Both the position numbers and the translations under genes were made by a program. Shown here one piece after another: positions 1 through 9,271 of a DNA stretch of 27,839 nucleotides. How positions within the stretch are numbered: position 1 is the first letter of the stretch; each line of letters starts with the position of its first letter. The notes beneath the pieces are model-generated. The model saw only the letters and a program-made list of their open reading frames with translations, did not search any database and was not told the origin of the DNA. The DNA comes from Candidatus Nanohalobium sp. (GTDB lineage: Archaea; Nanohalarchaeota; Nanosalinia; Nanosalinales; Nanosalinaceae), in contig JBDGSL010000022.1 in NCBI GenBank assembly GCA_042217555.1, positions 1 through 27,839 on the forward strand, in the 5' to 3' direction.

Positions 1-693
1 CAGATCTCCGCTCATTACTGCGCCTGTTGTCATACCAAGCTTGTTACCTGTCCTTACATCAGCCATACGATCTCCTATAAACACTGAACCGGTAGGAAGA
101 TAGGTGAAGTAGTTCCTGAAGACGTCCCTGAACACTTCGCTTGGCTTACCTACAAGCTCCACCTGCGATTCATCCGTGAACTCCTTCAAAGCCTGGTTTA
201 TCGCTGCCTGATGCGGTTGCTCACCGCTTGTCTTCCTGAAAGTTCTTTCCGTCGAGCAGATGTACAGCTTGCCGCCATCTCCAAGAATATCCACGGCCTT
301 TCTTAGCTTCGAGTAGTTAAACTGTCGGTCCAGACCAACAACTACAGCATTGGAATCCTGTGAGACCTCAATATCCCGTGCCTCAAGCTCATCGATCAAA
401 CCCTTCTCACCGACGACATAGGCACGTGTAACACCATCCCGACCAAGCTTCTCCGCAGCCACATAACCCGAAGTCAACACATCCTCCTCATCCGCAGGGA
501 AACCCATGGAAGAAAGCTTCCTAGCATACTCACGTCGAGAAAGCAAAGTATTATCAGTATGGAAGTAATAACTCTTACCACTCTCCCTAAGAGAATCCAC
601 AAGATCCTCCGCACCGATAATACTATCATCCCAGTTCCAGATAGTCTTATCCAGATCAAAGAAAAAATCATCCAACTCATTTAACTCCTGCAT
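1..693 (-). CDS. HAD-superfamily subfamily IIA (NagD-like) phosphatase, 3' end runs off the window
   Basis: Not in the ORF track because there is no stop in the window. Manual translation from ATG at 693: MQELNELDDFFFDLDKTIW...FHTDN...VGKPS...FIGDRMADVRTGNKLGM, giving HAD motif I (DxD), motif II, motif III (GKP) and motif IV (GDxxxD). Confidence 0.88.
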   Translation of the reverse strand, partial: MQELNELDDFFFDLDKTIWNWDDSIIGAEDLVDSLRESGKSYYFHTDNTLLSRREYARKLSSMGFPADEEDVLTSGYVAAEKLGRDGVTRAYVVGEKGLIDELEARDIEVSQDSNAVVVGLDRQFNYSKLRKAVDILGDGGKLYICSTERTFRKTSGEQPHQAAINQALKEFTDESQVELVGKPSEVFRDVFRNYFTYLPTGSVFIGDRMADVRTGNKLGMTTGAVMSGDL

Positions 694-787
694 AGTAAAC
701 AGTTGACAGGTCAAATCTCTTATACCTGTAAGCTGAACTGTCTGTAGACCTTACTTATTTGTATGTCCTGGCAAAAAGACTTGGTTG

Positions 788-3580
788 ATGGCTTCCCGTT
801 CTAGCAAACTGGTTGTGGTATTTCTTCTTGTCGCTTCATTCACCTCCTTTTCTTCGGCGACGGAGATAGAGTCAGGAAGTTTTCAGGTGTCTTCTACAGG
901 TACTATCTCGGAGCAGATAGGTTTCCGCCCTGACTACATCGAGTTTATAACAGCGCAGCAGATAGAGTCGACGGATTTCTCTGAGAGAGATCCGAGGAAT
1001 AATGACTGTCCGGATAACGTGAATGGTTGGTCTGAGGGATCTGTAGTATTTGACTCTTCAGGCGTTGATAAACAGTTCTCTATCGGTATGTTCCGTAACT
1101 CGGATAGCACAAACGGCCACAAAGTGGCTTCCTCCACTTCTGACGTTATAAAAAACCTGTATGTCAGTCAGGATGGTAATCAGTGTGGTAAGCTGGAGGT
1201 TTCTGTGGTTGAACCTTTAGATAAAGGCTTCAAGGTCGATGTGGAGAGCAAGTACAGTAACTATGACGAGATAGTAAGGTATAAAGCGTATCAGTTCCCG
1301 GACAACATGGAGTTTGATGCAGGAATGGTGAAAATAAGCTCTGAAGGATCTTTTGACGTTAATCTAGGCTTTCAACCGGCTAATCTGCATGTAAGATCAG
1401 GGCAGCAGATATCCGGTAAGGATGTAAATAAGAGGTACTGGAGAAGTTCTATGGGCCGTTCCAAGGGTTATGCAACACTGGATGAAAACGGCAATGTTAT
1501 TTCTCAGCAGTCTATAGGAACTGCGTCCAGTTCTGATTCGACCAACGCTCACAGGAGTATAGCGAGCGATAATTATATTCTGAACACTGTATACGTGGAT
1601 CAGAATGCTAATGTGAAGGGAAGACTGAGAGCAAAGATTACTGGAGCTGACGGAAGTGGTTTTACCATGCAGGTTGATGATAAGTGGAGTGGTACGGACG
1701 AAGTTTTTCTCTACCGTGCCTGGGGTTTCAGCTACTATGACTTCGATATAGGTTACAAAGTTGTCGACACGGAAGGGACAAAGTCCTTTACCACTGGCTT
1801 TGAGCCGGATGCGATCGATTTCTACGCCGAGCAGCAGATCGACAGTATCAACCAAGAGGTCGTAACTCCGAAGAACAGCGGATGCGACAACGCGGGAGGA
1901 TGGAGCAACGGTTTCTATGAGACAGATGACAACAGGCAGTGGGCTTTAGCTACTGGTAGGACTTCTGACTCTCAGAACTCTCACAGGTATGGATCCACAA
2001 CTTCCTACTCAATCTTCAACCTTTACGCAGGCCACAACGGCGGTGACTGTGGTAACTTCAAAGGTTCAGTTACCTCAACGGACAGCAATGGTTTCAATAT
2101 GGATTTCAGTTTTGACAGTGGTTTTGACAGTAACTACGACAAGGAGATGGTATACTACAGGGCATTCAACTTCAGGCTTGCTCCTCCTCAGGTAACCAGC
2201 TTAAAGTTCTACAACTCAACTACAGGACACGCATTTGGACTGGAAGCTAACGTAAGCGAGGGATCAAACGATGTCAATAGCTGTGACATAACAGCCAGCA
2301 GCGATAACGGAAATGAAGCTACTTACTCAGGTACTGTATCCAAGATAAACTCTACGCACTCGACATGCAAGTATGAGTGGATAAGATATGACGATAACTC
2401 TCAGTGGAAGAACCGTCACGATAACTCAGCGGAACTTCTGAACCTTACCGTAGAGATAAATGTTTCAGACGTTGACGGCCTTAACTCCCAGGAAAAAGGG
2501 TATAACACCTTCCCGGAAAACAGGCCTGTCGTGCAAGACATTTCGTTCAGTAACTATACTGATATACACGCTTTCAATGTCACGGCTGAACTTCAGGATC
2601 CTGATGCATCTAACCCTGATGAGATAGAGTCGTGTCGTATGACTTTTTCAGATGGTGAAGGGAACGACGTAACGGTTTCACCAACAGTCAACTACGGGTT
2701 TGGTGACAGGGATCAGGCAAGCTGTTCTTACAGCAACGTTAACTCCTCGATGCCCTATCCTTCCGGCCTTGATTCAGGTTTCCAGGTAGATGAAAGTATA
2801 GACGTAGAGGTCAACGTTACTGATCATCACGGCAACAGCAGTCAGAAAACTGAAAGCAATACTGTACCTAACTCCGTTCCTTTCCCGGAAGATCCAGAGC
2901 CTCGTGACAGTGCACAGGTAACTTCGTTCCCTGTGATCCTCAACGCTACTGTCAGAGACAGGGAAGGAGACAGTATAAATGCCACAATTTACAACATGTC
3001 GGGTGCTGAACTTGATTCTGAGCACAACCTCGGTACAGGAGATAAGGTAGACGCGGTATACGACCTGCCTGAGGCCAGGAACACTGACTACACCTGGAAA
3101 GTGGAATTAAAGGATCGCTGGAGCGCTAGGAATACGACTTTTGAGTTTACGAAGGTGATTGGCAGGGCTTATAGGAGTGTGGTTGAGGTTGAGTTGAATT
3201 ATTCTTCGATGATTGTGAATGCTGGTTCGAACAGGTATGTGGATTTGACAGTGAGGAATCATGTGGATGAGAAGGATCTTACTGTTAATCTTACCGGTGT
3301 TGAGGCCGAGTTTCTTGATGGTTCGACGGTTAAACGGTTTCCTGGGTTCCCTGCTTCGTCAAGCAAGAGTTTTACGGTCAGGGTGACGCCTGACAGCGTT
3401 ACAGATAAGGATTTGAAGGTGGTTGTTGAGAACAATGAGCTTGGTGTAGATACGACGGAGACTGTGCCGGTAACTGTTTTGCCTGGTACTACGGAGGAGA
3501 GAACTGTTCCGGGTGTAGGCTGGTACCAGTTACTGTTCCTGACGGTTTTTTCTACAGTTCTTTATTCTGCAGTACTCTGA
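788..3580 (+). CDS. Large secreted/surface glycoprotein (~930 aa) with three tandem ~145-aa beta-rich repeats, Ig-like repeats and a C-terminal membrane anchor
   Basis: N-terminal signal peptide (KLVVVFLLVASFTSFSSA), many NxS/T sequons, and a C-terminal VPG plus hydrophobic helix resembling archaeosortase-type sorting signals. ATG at 788 preferred over TTG at 785. Confidence 0.85.
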   Translation: MASRSSKLVVVFLLVASFTSFSSATEIESGSFQVSSTGTISEQIGFRPDYIEFITAQQIESTDFSERDPRNNDCPDNVNGWSEGSVVFDSSGVDKQFSIGMFRNSDSTNGHKVASSTSDVIKNLYVSQDGNQCGKLEVSVVEPLDKGFKVDVESKYSNYDEIVRYKAYQFPDNMEFDAGMVKISSEGSFDVNLGFQPANLHVRSGQQISGKDVNKRYWRSSMGRSKGYATLDENGNVISQQSIGTASSSDSTNAHRSIASDNYILNTVYVDQNANVKGRLRAKITGADGSGFTMQVDDKWSGTDEVFLYRAWGFSYYDFDIGYKVVDTEGTKSFTTGFEPDAIDFYAEQQIDSINQEVVTPKNSGCDNAGGWSNGFYETDDNRQWALATGRTSDSQNSHRYGSTTSYSIFNLYAGHNGGDCGNFKGSVTSTDSNGFNMDFSFDSGFDSNYDKEMVYYRAFNFRLAPPQVTSLKFYNSTTGHAFGLEANVSEGSNDVNSCDITASSDNGNEATYSGTVSKINSTHSTCKYEWIRYDDNSQWKNRHDNSAELLNLTVEINVSDVDGLNSQEKGYNTFPENRPVVQDISFSNYTDIHAFNVTAELQDPDASNPDEIESCRMTFSDGEGNDVTVSPTVNYGFGDRDQASCSYSNVNSSMPYPSGLDSGFQVDESIDVEVNVTDHHGNSSQKTESNTVPNSVPFPEDPEPRDSAQVTSFPVILNATVRDREGDSINATIYNMSGAELDSEHNLGTGDKVDAVYDLPEARNTDYTWKVELKDRWSARNTTFEFTKVIGRAYRSVVEVELNYSSMIVNAGSNRYVDLTVRNHVDEKDLTVNLTGVEAEFLDGSTVKRFPGFPASSSKSFTVRVTPDSVTDKDLKVVVENNELGVDTTETVPVTVLPGTTEERTVPGVGWYQLLFLTVFSTVLYSAVL

Positions 3581-3743
3581 CGATATATCCGGCGACACGG
3601 TTCCTCAATCTCTTGGATTCGAATTCTCCTGTCTCCTTAAGTGCTTCCTTGTTTTCATTGAAGTCCTCTGAGAATCTTTCCTCGTCTGCATCAACCAGAT
3701 CCTGTGCAAGACGCTTGACGTAAGTCTGTCTTACTCTTCCCAT
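3552..3743 (-). CDS. rps17e: 30S ribosomal protein S17e
   Basis: MGRVRQTYVKR...FSEDFNENK...SKRLRNRVAGYI is the S17e signature. Its 3' end overlaps the convergent surface-protein gene by 29 nt. Confidence 0.97.
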   Translation of the reverse strand: MGRVRQTYVKRLAQDLVDADEERFSEDFNENKEALKETGEFESKRLRNRVAGYIVRVLQNKEL

Positions 3744-3819
3744 ACATTGACTAGCGGTGATTAAAGTTTCTTAAACCCTCCTGCTTTAAACCTGTGAAGA
3801 ACCAAACAAAAATGGTGTT

Positions 3820-4509
3820 ATGACAAATATCAGGAGACTGGTGCTTGACGTACTTAAACCACATCAGCCGTCGATAACAGAGTTCGCACAGGAAACAGAA
3901 GGGATAAATGGTGTGGGGGGTGTGAACGCCAAACTGCTTGAGATCGATGAAGAAGTACAGAACAGTGACTTCATCTCCGAGCTGAAGCACGGAGCTTCGT
4001 TCCATTCTACCCTTCCAGTCCAAGATTGAGGTATTAAACGAACAAAGTGCCGTGAAGCGTCACGGACGCTTCCATAAGCATTTGTCTGACGGGTTTTCCA
4101 CTACCTGCAACCAGCTTACATCTTTTTAGAGGCTGGATTCAACGGTGTGAAATTTAGAGCCGAGTCACAAACGGCTCGATTCCAGAGCCTTGCCCAAATA
4201 TCCAACTCGGACAAAGCCTGCTGCCTGAAACTCTTGGCTGTTTCCAGACTCGGCATATAAGGCTCGGAATCTTTCTATACGGTAGATATTGCCAAACTTT
4301 TTTACTTTTTGTCGGGCTGTATCTCCCACCTAAAGGAAGGAGATTTAGCCCTGTCCAAACTATTTAAACTGACGGTAGAAGGAGAGGATATAAGTGAGGA
4401 AAAAGTTAAAGATTCGGTTGAAGGTCTCGGCGGCAGCATCCACAGCATCGACGAAATAGTATGTGGCAACAAAATGGTAGAACAGGTTGAAACACCGCAG
4501 GACGGATGA
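3820..4509 (+). pseudogene. DUF211 (COG1888) family gene interrupted by an IS200/IS605-family miniature element
   Basis: 5' part IRRLVLDVLKPHQPSI...EIDEEVQN and 3' part KLTVEGEDI...GGSIHSIDEIVCG...ETPQD are the two halves of DUF211. Removing 3965-4363 restores an in-frame ...AAC ATT AAA CTG (VQNIKLTVEG). Confidence 0.92.
3965..4363 (-). mobile_element. Non-autonomous IS200/IS605-family element (399 bp, no intact tnpA/tnpB)
   Basis: On the minus strand, target TTTAA (4368-4364) abuts the left end. Subterminal LE hairpin (4314-4351) is preceded by guide AAAT. RE hairpin (3975-3994) is preceded by guide GAAG, and the element ends in TCAC. No TSD, as expected for Y1 HUH transposition. Confidence 0.9.
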
Positions 4510-5078
4510 TACAGGAACTCAGGGAAAACTGGCAGCGGGAGGAAGTAAGAAGTATATCCCGCAGATACTTCATCTCCAACGGGTTCGATGGAACACTTAC
4601 GGCAACAGGAGTAACAGTCGGTTCCTTCCTCTCAGGTGTTCCAGATGGTTTAACTGTTTTCAAGGTCGGGGTAGGTGCAGGTATCGGACTGGCAACTTCC
4701 GGAGTATGGAGCGTCTGGGAGATAGAAAAAGCAGAGAAACTGGCTCGGCTACACGACCTTGAAGACTCCATGATGGAGGAGTTGGAAGGCACGGAAGTCC
4801 ACAGGAAAAAAGAGCAGGGAAGAATAATAAACTCGCTCAGCAGCGGCCTAGGACCGGTCATAGGAGTAATGATACCTATACTGCCATTCCTCCTAGAAGG
4901 CAGCGTCCTGAACATGCTTCAGGCAACTATCGCATCGGTAATCCTGGCAGTCCTCTTACTCGGAGCCTTCGGAGCCTATATGGCGAAAATATCTCGGCAA
5001 AAAATCTTTAGAGCTGCCGCAAGGATGGGCCTAGCTGGATTAGTTGTGGCCATGCTGAACATCATTCTCCCCGGATAG
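4506..5078 (+). CDS. VIT1/CCC1-like membrane protein (TIGR00267 family)
   Basis: RRYFISNGFDGTLT motif, multiple TM helices, E-rich loop. ATGA overlap with the DUF211 stop; this is the usual partner gene. Confidence 0.88.
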   Translation: MIQELRENWQREEVRSISRRYFISNGFDGTLTATGVTVGSFLSGVPDGLTVFKVGVGAGIGLATSGVWSVWEIEKAEKLARLHDLEDSMMEELEGTEVHRKKEQGRIINSLSSGLGPVIGVMIPILPFLLEGSVLNMLQATIASVILAVLLLGAFGAYMAKISRQKIFRAAARMGLAGLVVAMLNIILPG

Positions 5079-5309
5079 CCCGCTGCAAACTACTCTTAGT
5101 AAACTCGAACCCTTCCTTCAGCAAAGTAGTATTGACTGAACCAGAAAAGTACAGGCCGAAGACAGGTACTTCCACGTCTCCTTCAACAATCCGGTAAATA
5201 CGCTGCTATCAGGACACGGCTGGAAAAGGTGATTTAAAGTGTGTAAAAGGTGTATTTGATTCACACGAAGAGTTCAAGAATATAGTTCTGAATAAGAGGT
5301 TTTAGTCCA

Positions 5310-7100
5310 TTATTGTTCATAGAACTCTCCGCTCTTCCTCTGTTCCTGATCTTTCTGGCTTCCTGGTTTGTTGGCACGCGGCCTCCCTGACTCCGGGTCT
5401 TTTCTGAAGGTTATCTCTACTTCTTCCAGGAAGTCGTTCATCGCGTCCTCTATCCTCACAGGTTTGGTTGATTTCCCGTGTTTCCCGGTTTTTCCTTTGA
5501 AGACCATTCCTCTGTCGGCGATGTAGTCAAGGAGCAGTAGGTCGTGGTCGATGACGAGTAGCGGTTTTTCTGTCTTCCGTGCGAACCTCTTCAAGGTCTT
5601 TCCCAGTTCTACTCTGGATTCCACGTCGAGGTAGGCTGAGGGCTCGTCCAGGAGGTACAGGTCGGCGTCCTTCGCCAGACACATCGCGATGCCGACCCTC
5701 TGAAGCTCTCCACCGGAAAGTTCGCTTAACTTCTGCTCGTACAGCGGTTCCAGCGTTAAGGGTTCTGCGATACGTGTCTCGAACTTCCTGCTGTCAGGGT
5801 TCGCGACTTCCCGCAGTGCTGTCTCTACTGTCTGGTCTCCTGCCTCAAGGTACTGAGGCTTGTAGCTGATATCTATGTCTAGTGACTCTCCTGTGTCTGG
5901 GTCGATGGCGCCTGCCAGCATCTTTGCGAAAACCGTCTTTCCGAGGCCGTTCTCTCCGAAGATCGCGAGTATCTCTTCCTCATGTATGCTTCCTTCCTGT
6001 GTTTCCAGTTCGAACTCGTTCTCTCCGAAGTCTTTAGTGAACTGCGGGAACTTTGCGACCACTGGCTTGTTTTCTACCTGGCTTCTCTTGCTTCTGTCAA
6101 ACGTTATCTCGTCGCTTCTGATCCTGATATTATCGCTGGGAAGGTATCCTTCCAGGTACCGGTTTACTCCTTCCTTGCTGCTTAGTGCGTTGGAAACCAT
6201 TCCGTAGCTTCCGGGATCGCCGAAGAATATATTTATCCTGTCCGATATAAGGTCGAGTGTGGCCAGGTCGTGCTCTACAGCCAGTACAGGCCTGTCTTCT
6301 GAAAGTTTTCTGATTTCCTGTCCCATGTTCAACCTCTGCTTGACGTCGAGGAAGGAAGACGGCTCGTCTATCATGTAGATATCCGCCTCTTTAAGCACTG
6401 TTGAGGCGATCGCCACTCTCTGTAATTCTCCTCCGGAAAGATGCTCTACCTCTCTGTCCAGAAGCTTCTTGATGTCGAGCTGCTCCGCTACTTCCTCCAC
6501 TTCTTTCCTCTCAGCCACTCCTTCAAGAAGTTTCTGAACCTTTCCGTCGTATGCTTTCGGTATGTCCTCAACTTTCTGAGGTTTGAACGCGGCTTCTACA
6601 TTGTCTTCCGCCAGTTTGTCGAAATGGTTCTGCAGGTCGGTTCCCCGATATCTTTCCTGTATCTCGCTCCATTCAGGAGGTTTTTCGAAGTTTCCCAGGT
6701 TGGGTTTGATGTCTCCTGCCAGTATCTTCAGTGCCACCGACTTTCCTGTACCGTTCTCTCCTATTATCCCGACCACGCTTCCCTCATCTGGTGCCGGCAG
6801 TCCGTACAGTCTGAAGGAGTTGTCGTGGAACTGGTGGACTTTCTCTCCTTCCTCGGCCGGAAGCTGTATCATTTTGATGGCGTCTTCGTAGGGATACTTG
6901 TTGATCGCCATCTTGTGCGCCTCCATCACATCCTCTTCGTCGATGTGAAGCTCCTCATTTTCGTCTATGTAGAAGCCTCCTTCCTTTCCTGCCCTGTTGA
7001 GAGGATCGTAGTTTATGACTGTCTCGCGTGCCAGGTCCGGCTCTATCTTGTCCTGGTCGATAACTACCACGAACCTGTCGCTGTTTTTCTCCGATGCCAT
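5310..7100 (-). CDS. rli: Ribosome recycling ATPase ABCE1/Rli1 (N-terminal Fe-S cysteines absent)
   Basis: Two NBDs (GENGTGKS, GENGLGKT), two LSGGELQR signatures, DEPSS/DEPSA Walker B, FRLYGLP, and C-terminal ITFRKDPESGRPRANKPGSQKD hinge. Confidence 0.96.
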   Translation of the reverse strand: MASEKNSDRFVVVIDQDKIEPDLARETVINYDPLNRAGKEGGFYIDENEELHIDEEDVMEAHKMAINKYPYEDAIKMIQLPAEEGEKVHQFHDNSFRLYGLPAPDEGSVVGIIGENGTGKSVALKILAGDIKPNLGNFEKPPEWSEIQERYRGTDLQNHFDKLAEDNVEAAFKPQKVEDIPKAYDGKVQKLLEGVAERKEVEEVAEQLDIKKLLDREVEHLSGGELQRVAIASTVLKEADIYMIDEPSSFLDVKQRLNMGQEIRKLSEDRPVLAVEHDLATLDLISDRINIFFGDPGSYGMVSNALSSKEGVNRYLEGYLPSDNIRIRSDEITFDRSKRSQVENKPVVAKFPQFTKDFGENEFELETQEGSIHEEEILAIFGENGLGKTVFAKMLAGAIDPDTGESLDIDISYKPQYLEAGDQTVETALREVANPDSRKFETRIAEPLTLEPLYEQKLSELSGGELQRVGIAMCLAKDADLYLLDEPSAYLDVESRVELGKTLKRFARKTEKPLLVIDHDLLLLDYIADRGMVFKGKTGKHGKSTKPVRIEDAMNDFLEEVEITFRKDPESGRPRANKPGSQKDQEQRKSGEFYEQ

Positions 7101-7131
7101 AACTGGAAGTTTACCTCAAAGAATTAAAGTT

Positions 7132-8136
7132 CTAGTTCAGCGGCCGACTTCTTGACTGTAGTTCAGATATGTCGAAGTCAAGTGCTGCACGATATGAACT
7201 GTCTCTTATATCTTCGAAGTCTTCATCGGTTACGGGTATGCTGAATGGGCCGAGATCAGGAACGTGTTTCCATACTCCCCCGTCTTCTTGGTTGTATCCG
7301 GGCAGCATATCGGCGAATGTTCTAACAGCGTTCTTCGTGTCTATGGCTTCTTCCAGTATAGACTGTATAGAGTTTTCAGGTTCGATTACTTGTACTTCTT
7401 CCACTCTGTCTGTTATTTCATCGCTGTCTCCGCCAGGTATAAGGCCGACTCCAGATAGGTTATGAGGGAGGTGTACATGGTGATCCTGTTCTGGAATAAG
7501 AGGTATATCCTCTTCTCGGGACAGGTCGTAGACTGAGGTATCGCTTCCCACTTCTCCTGTTGCCATACTGTCTAGCACACCGTAAGCGTGTGTTTCGGGC
7601 AGGAAAAGTTGAGCCTCAGAATCCTGGCCGATATCTATTACATCTTCAATAATATCTTCTTCCATTCCAAAATCCATGAAATATGGATGTGCTGGATGTA
7701 TGTAATCTGATCTATCGGCAAGCCATTCCATGTCATCGGAATTTAAGTTGAGGTAATCTTCCTCGTCATTTATAGGTAGGCCAGCCGCTATGATGTGGTT
7801 CTGATTGTCTTTGTAAGATGCTTCAACACCATTCCATACAGTTACCTCTGAGCCTCCTTGTTCCAGGTTTAGGGAATTCTCGTTTAGAGTGTAATTGCCT
7901 CCATCTCTTTCAATGTCTCTTCCCAGTTCCTTGTACCAGTCCTCGCCGTTGGTAGAGAAGTGCTCCGTGACTACGATAGCTGCCTTCTGCCCTTCATCCA
8001 GCTCTTCTGCTATCTTAGCAGGAGAACCGTGATGGTTTACCGCAGTGAAGTCCCTCAATCTTTCATGATATGTTGACTCTTTGGTATGAAAGTGGTTGAG
8101 AAAGACTGTATTACACTGATTTTCGGAGAGGCTCAT
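7132..8136 (-). CDS. PHP-fold metal-dependent phosphoesterase-like protein (acidic paralogue)
   Basis: PHP-like metal ligands HFHT, TEH, NGVEASY..H, HPAHP, EQDHH. Confidence 0.7.
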   Translation of the reverse strand: MSLSENQCNTVFLNHFHTKESTYHERLRDFTAVNHHGSPAKIAEELDEGQKAAIVVTEHFSTNGEDWYKELGRDIERDGGNYTLNENSLNLEQGGSEVTVWNGVEASYKDNQNHIIAAGLPINDEEDYLNLNSDDMEWLADRSDYIHPAHPYFMDFGMEEDIIEDVIDIGQDSEAQLFLPETHAYGVLDSMATGEVGSDTSVYDLSREEDIPLIPEQDHHVHLPHNLSGVGLIPGGDSDEITDRVEEVQVIEPENSIQSILEEAIDTKNAVRTFADMLPGYNQEDGGVWKHVPDLGPFSIPVTDEDFEDIRDSSYRAALDFDISELQSRSRPLN

Positions 8137-8228
8137 ACATGTTACTTAGTGGTAGTAACTTATAATTCTTTGGTTAAAAAGAGAGGGCTATACCTAAATT
8201 GTTTCCTGGGATGGAAGTAGAAAAATAC

Positions 8229-9227
8229 TTAGTTGAGCTTCCTGCTTCTTTCTTTCAAGTTTTCTATATCTATGTTTTCAAGTTCAGAAGAATAATACTT
8301 GTCTCTCCATGACTCCAGTTCCTTTGTCCCGTATGGGAACGTTAGTTTCTTCCAGAGGCTTTTCCATTCTATGTAGTTCGGTAACTGGTCAGCGAAAGTC
8401 CTTCCTGCACGGAAAAGATCTCGGAATGTATCTCTCCTTCTAGGTTCGATGACGTTCATGTCTTCAATTTCTTTCACCGGTATCTGTCCTTCTTCCAATG
8501 CCTCTATAGCTGAGTCTTTCAGTAATCCGATTCCGCCCAGTCCACTGGGAAGATGAACGTGGTGATCATGTTCTAGGATAATAGGTGCGTCATATCTCTT
8601 AGCAAGCTCTTTTACATCTAAATCGTTCTTCTTCTCTCCTCGTGCCTGCCTATCAATCCTGACGTTGTATGCATAGGTATAAGGTATGAACAACTTGGCA
8701 GAAGATCTTTGTATAGTCCTGATTACTTCATCTAGTTCATCCAAGCTCATTCTGAACTCACCTAGGAAAGGGTGAGCCGGGTGGGCATAGGCTGTTTCTT
8801 TAAGCGCTTCTGAGAGCTTTTCCCTGTCAATGTTATAGTAATTCTCTTTTTCTTCCAGTTTCAGCCCTGATAGGACTATATGCTTGTCTCTTTGTTTGTA
8901 GGATGCTTCTACGCCGTTGATTATGGCTATTTTGCTGCCTTCATGTTCCATTATCAGGCTTCTTTCTCTCATCCTGTAACTGCCGCCTAGTTTTTCAGCC
9001 TTCTCTCCGAGCTCTCTAAAGAAATCTTCTCCGTTTGTTCTGTAATGTTCTGTTAGTGAGATGACTGCTTTCTGGTCTTCGTCTAGTTTCTCTAGTATCT
9101 TCAGTGGATCGCCGAGATGGTTGATTCCCTTCCATTCTGGTTCATCTGTCAGCTCTTTGACGTACTCTGTAGATTTGTCGGTGTGGAAGTGGTGCAAGAA
9201 AAGAGTGTTTCTTTTTTCTTGACTCAT
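8229..9227 (-). CDS. PHP-fold metal-dependent phosphoesterase-like protein (K/R-rich paralogue)
   Basis: Same motifs as the neighbour: HHFHT, TEH, NGVEASY, HPAHP, EHDHHVHLP, RTFAD.LP.Y. Confidence 0.7.
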   Translation of the reverse strand: MSQEKRNTLFLHHFHTDKSTEYVKELTDEPEWKGINHLGDPLKILEKLDEDQKAVISLTEHYRTNGEDFFRELGEKAEKLGGSYRMRERSLIMEHEGSKIAIINGVEASYKQRDKHIVLSGLKLEEKENYYNIDREKLSEALKETAYAHPAHPFLGEFRMSLDELDEVIRTIQRSSAKLFIPYTYAYNVRIDRQARGEKKNDLDVKELAKRYDAPIILEHDHHVHLPSGLGGIGLLKDSAIEALEEGQIPVKEIEDMNVIEPRRRDTFRDLFRAGRTFADQLPNYIEWKSLWKKLTFPYGTKELESWRDKYYSSELENIDIENLKERSRKLN

Positions 9228-9271
9228 GGGATTAGTTAGGAAAGATAGAGATTAAAAGAAAATGTGGGGGA

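Noticed and set aside
474..680. 68-aa minus-strand ORF in the track
   Set aside because: Shadow frame of the HAD-IIA gene, which starts at 693 in another frame.
3965..4363. IStron or group I intron restoring DUF211 (the insert length is a multiple of 3)
   Set aside because: The element is antisense to the host gene, there is an in-frame stop at 4027-4029, and no group I P/Q/R/S elements or BHB motif are visible.
5062..5206. Short protein-like minus-strand frame (IYRIVEGDVEVPVFGLYFSG...)
   Set aside because: Preceded by stop codons with no convincing start and no recognisable family; at most a gene fragment.
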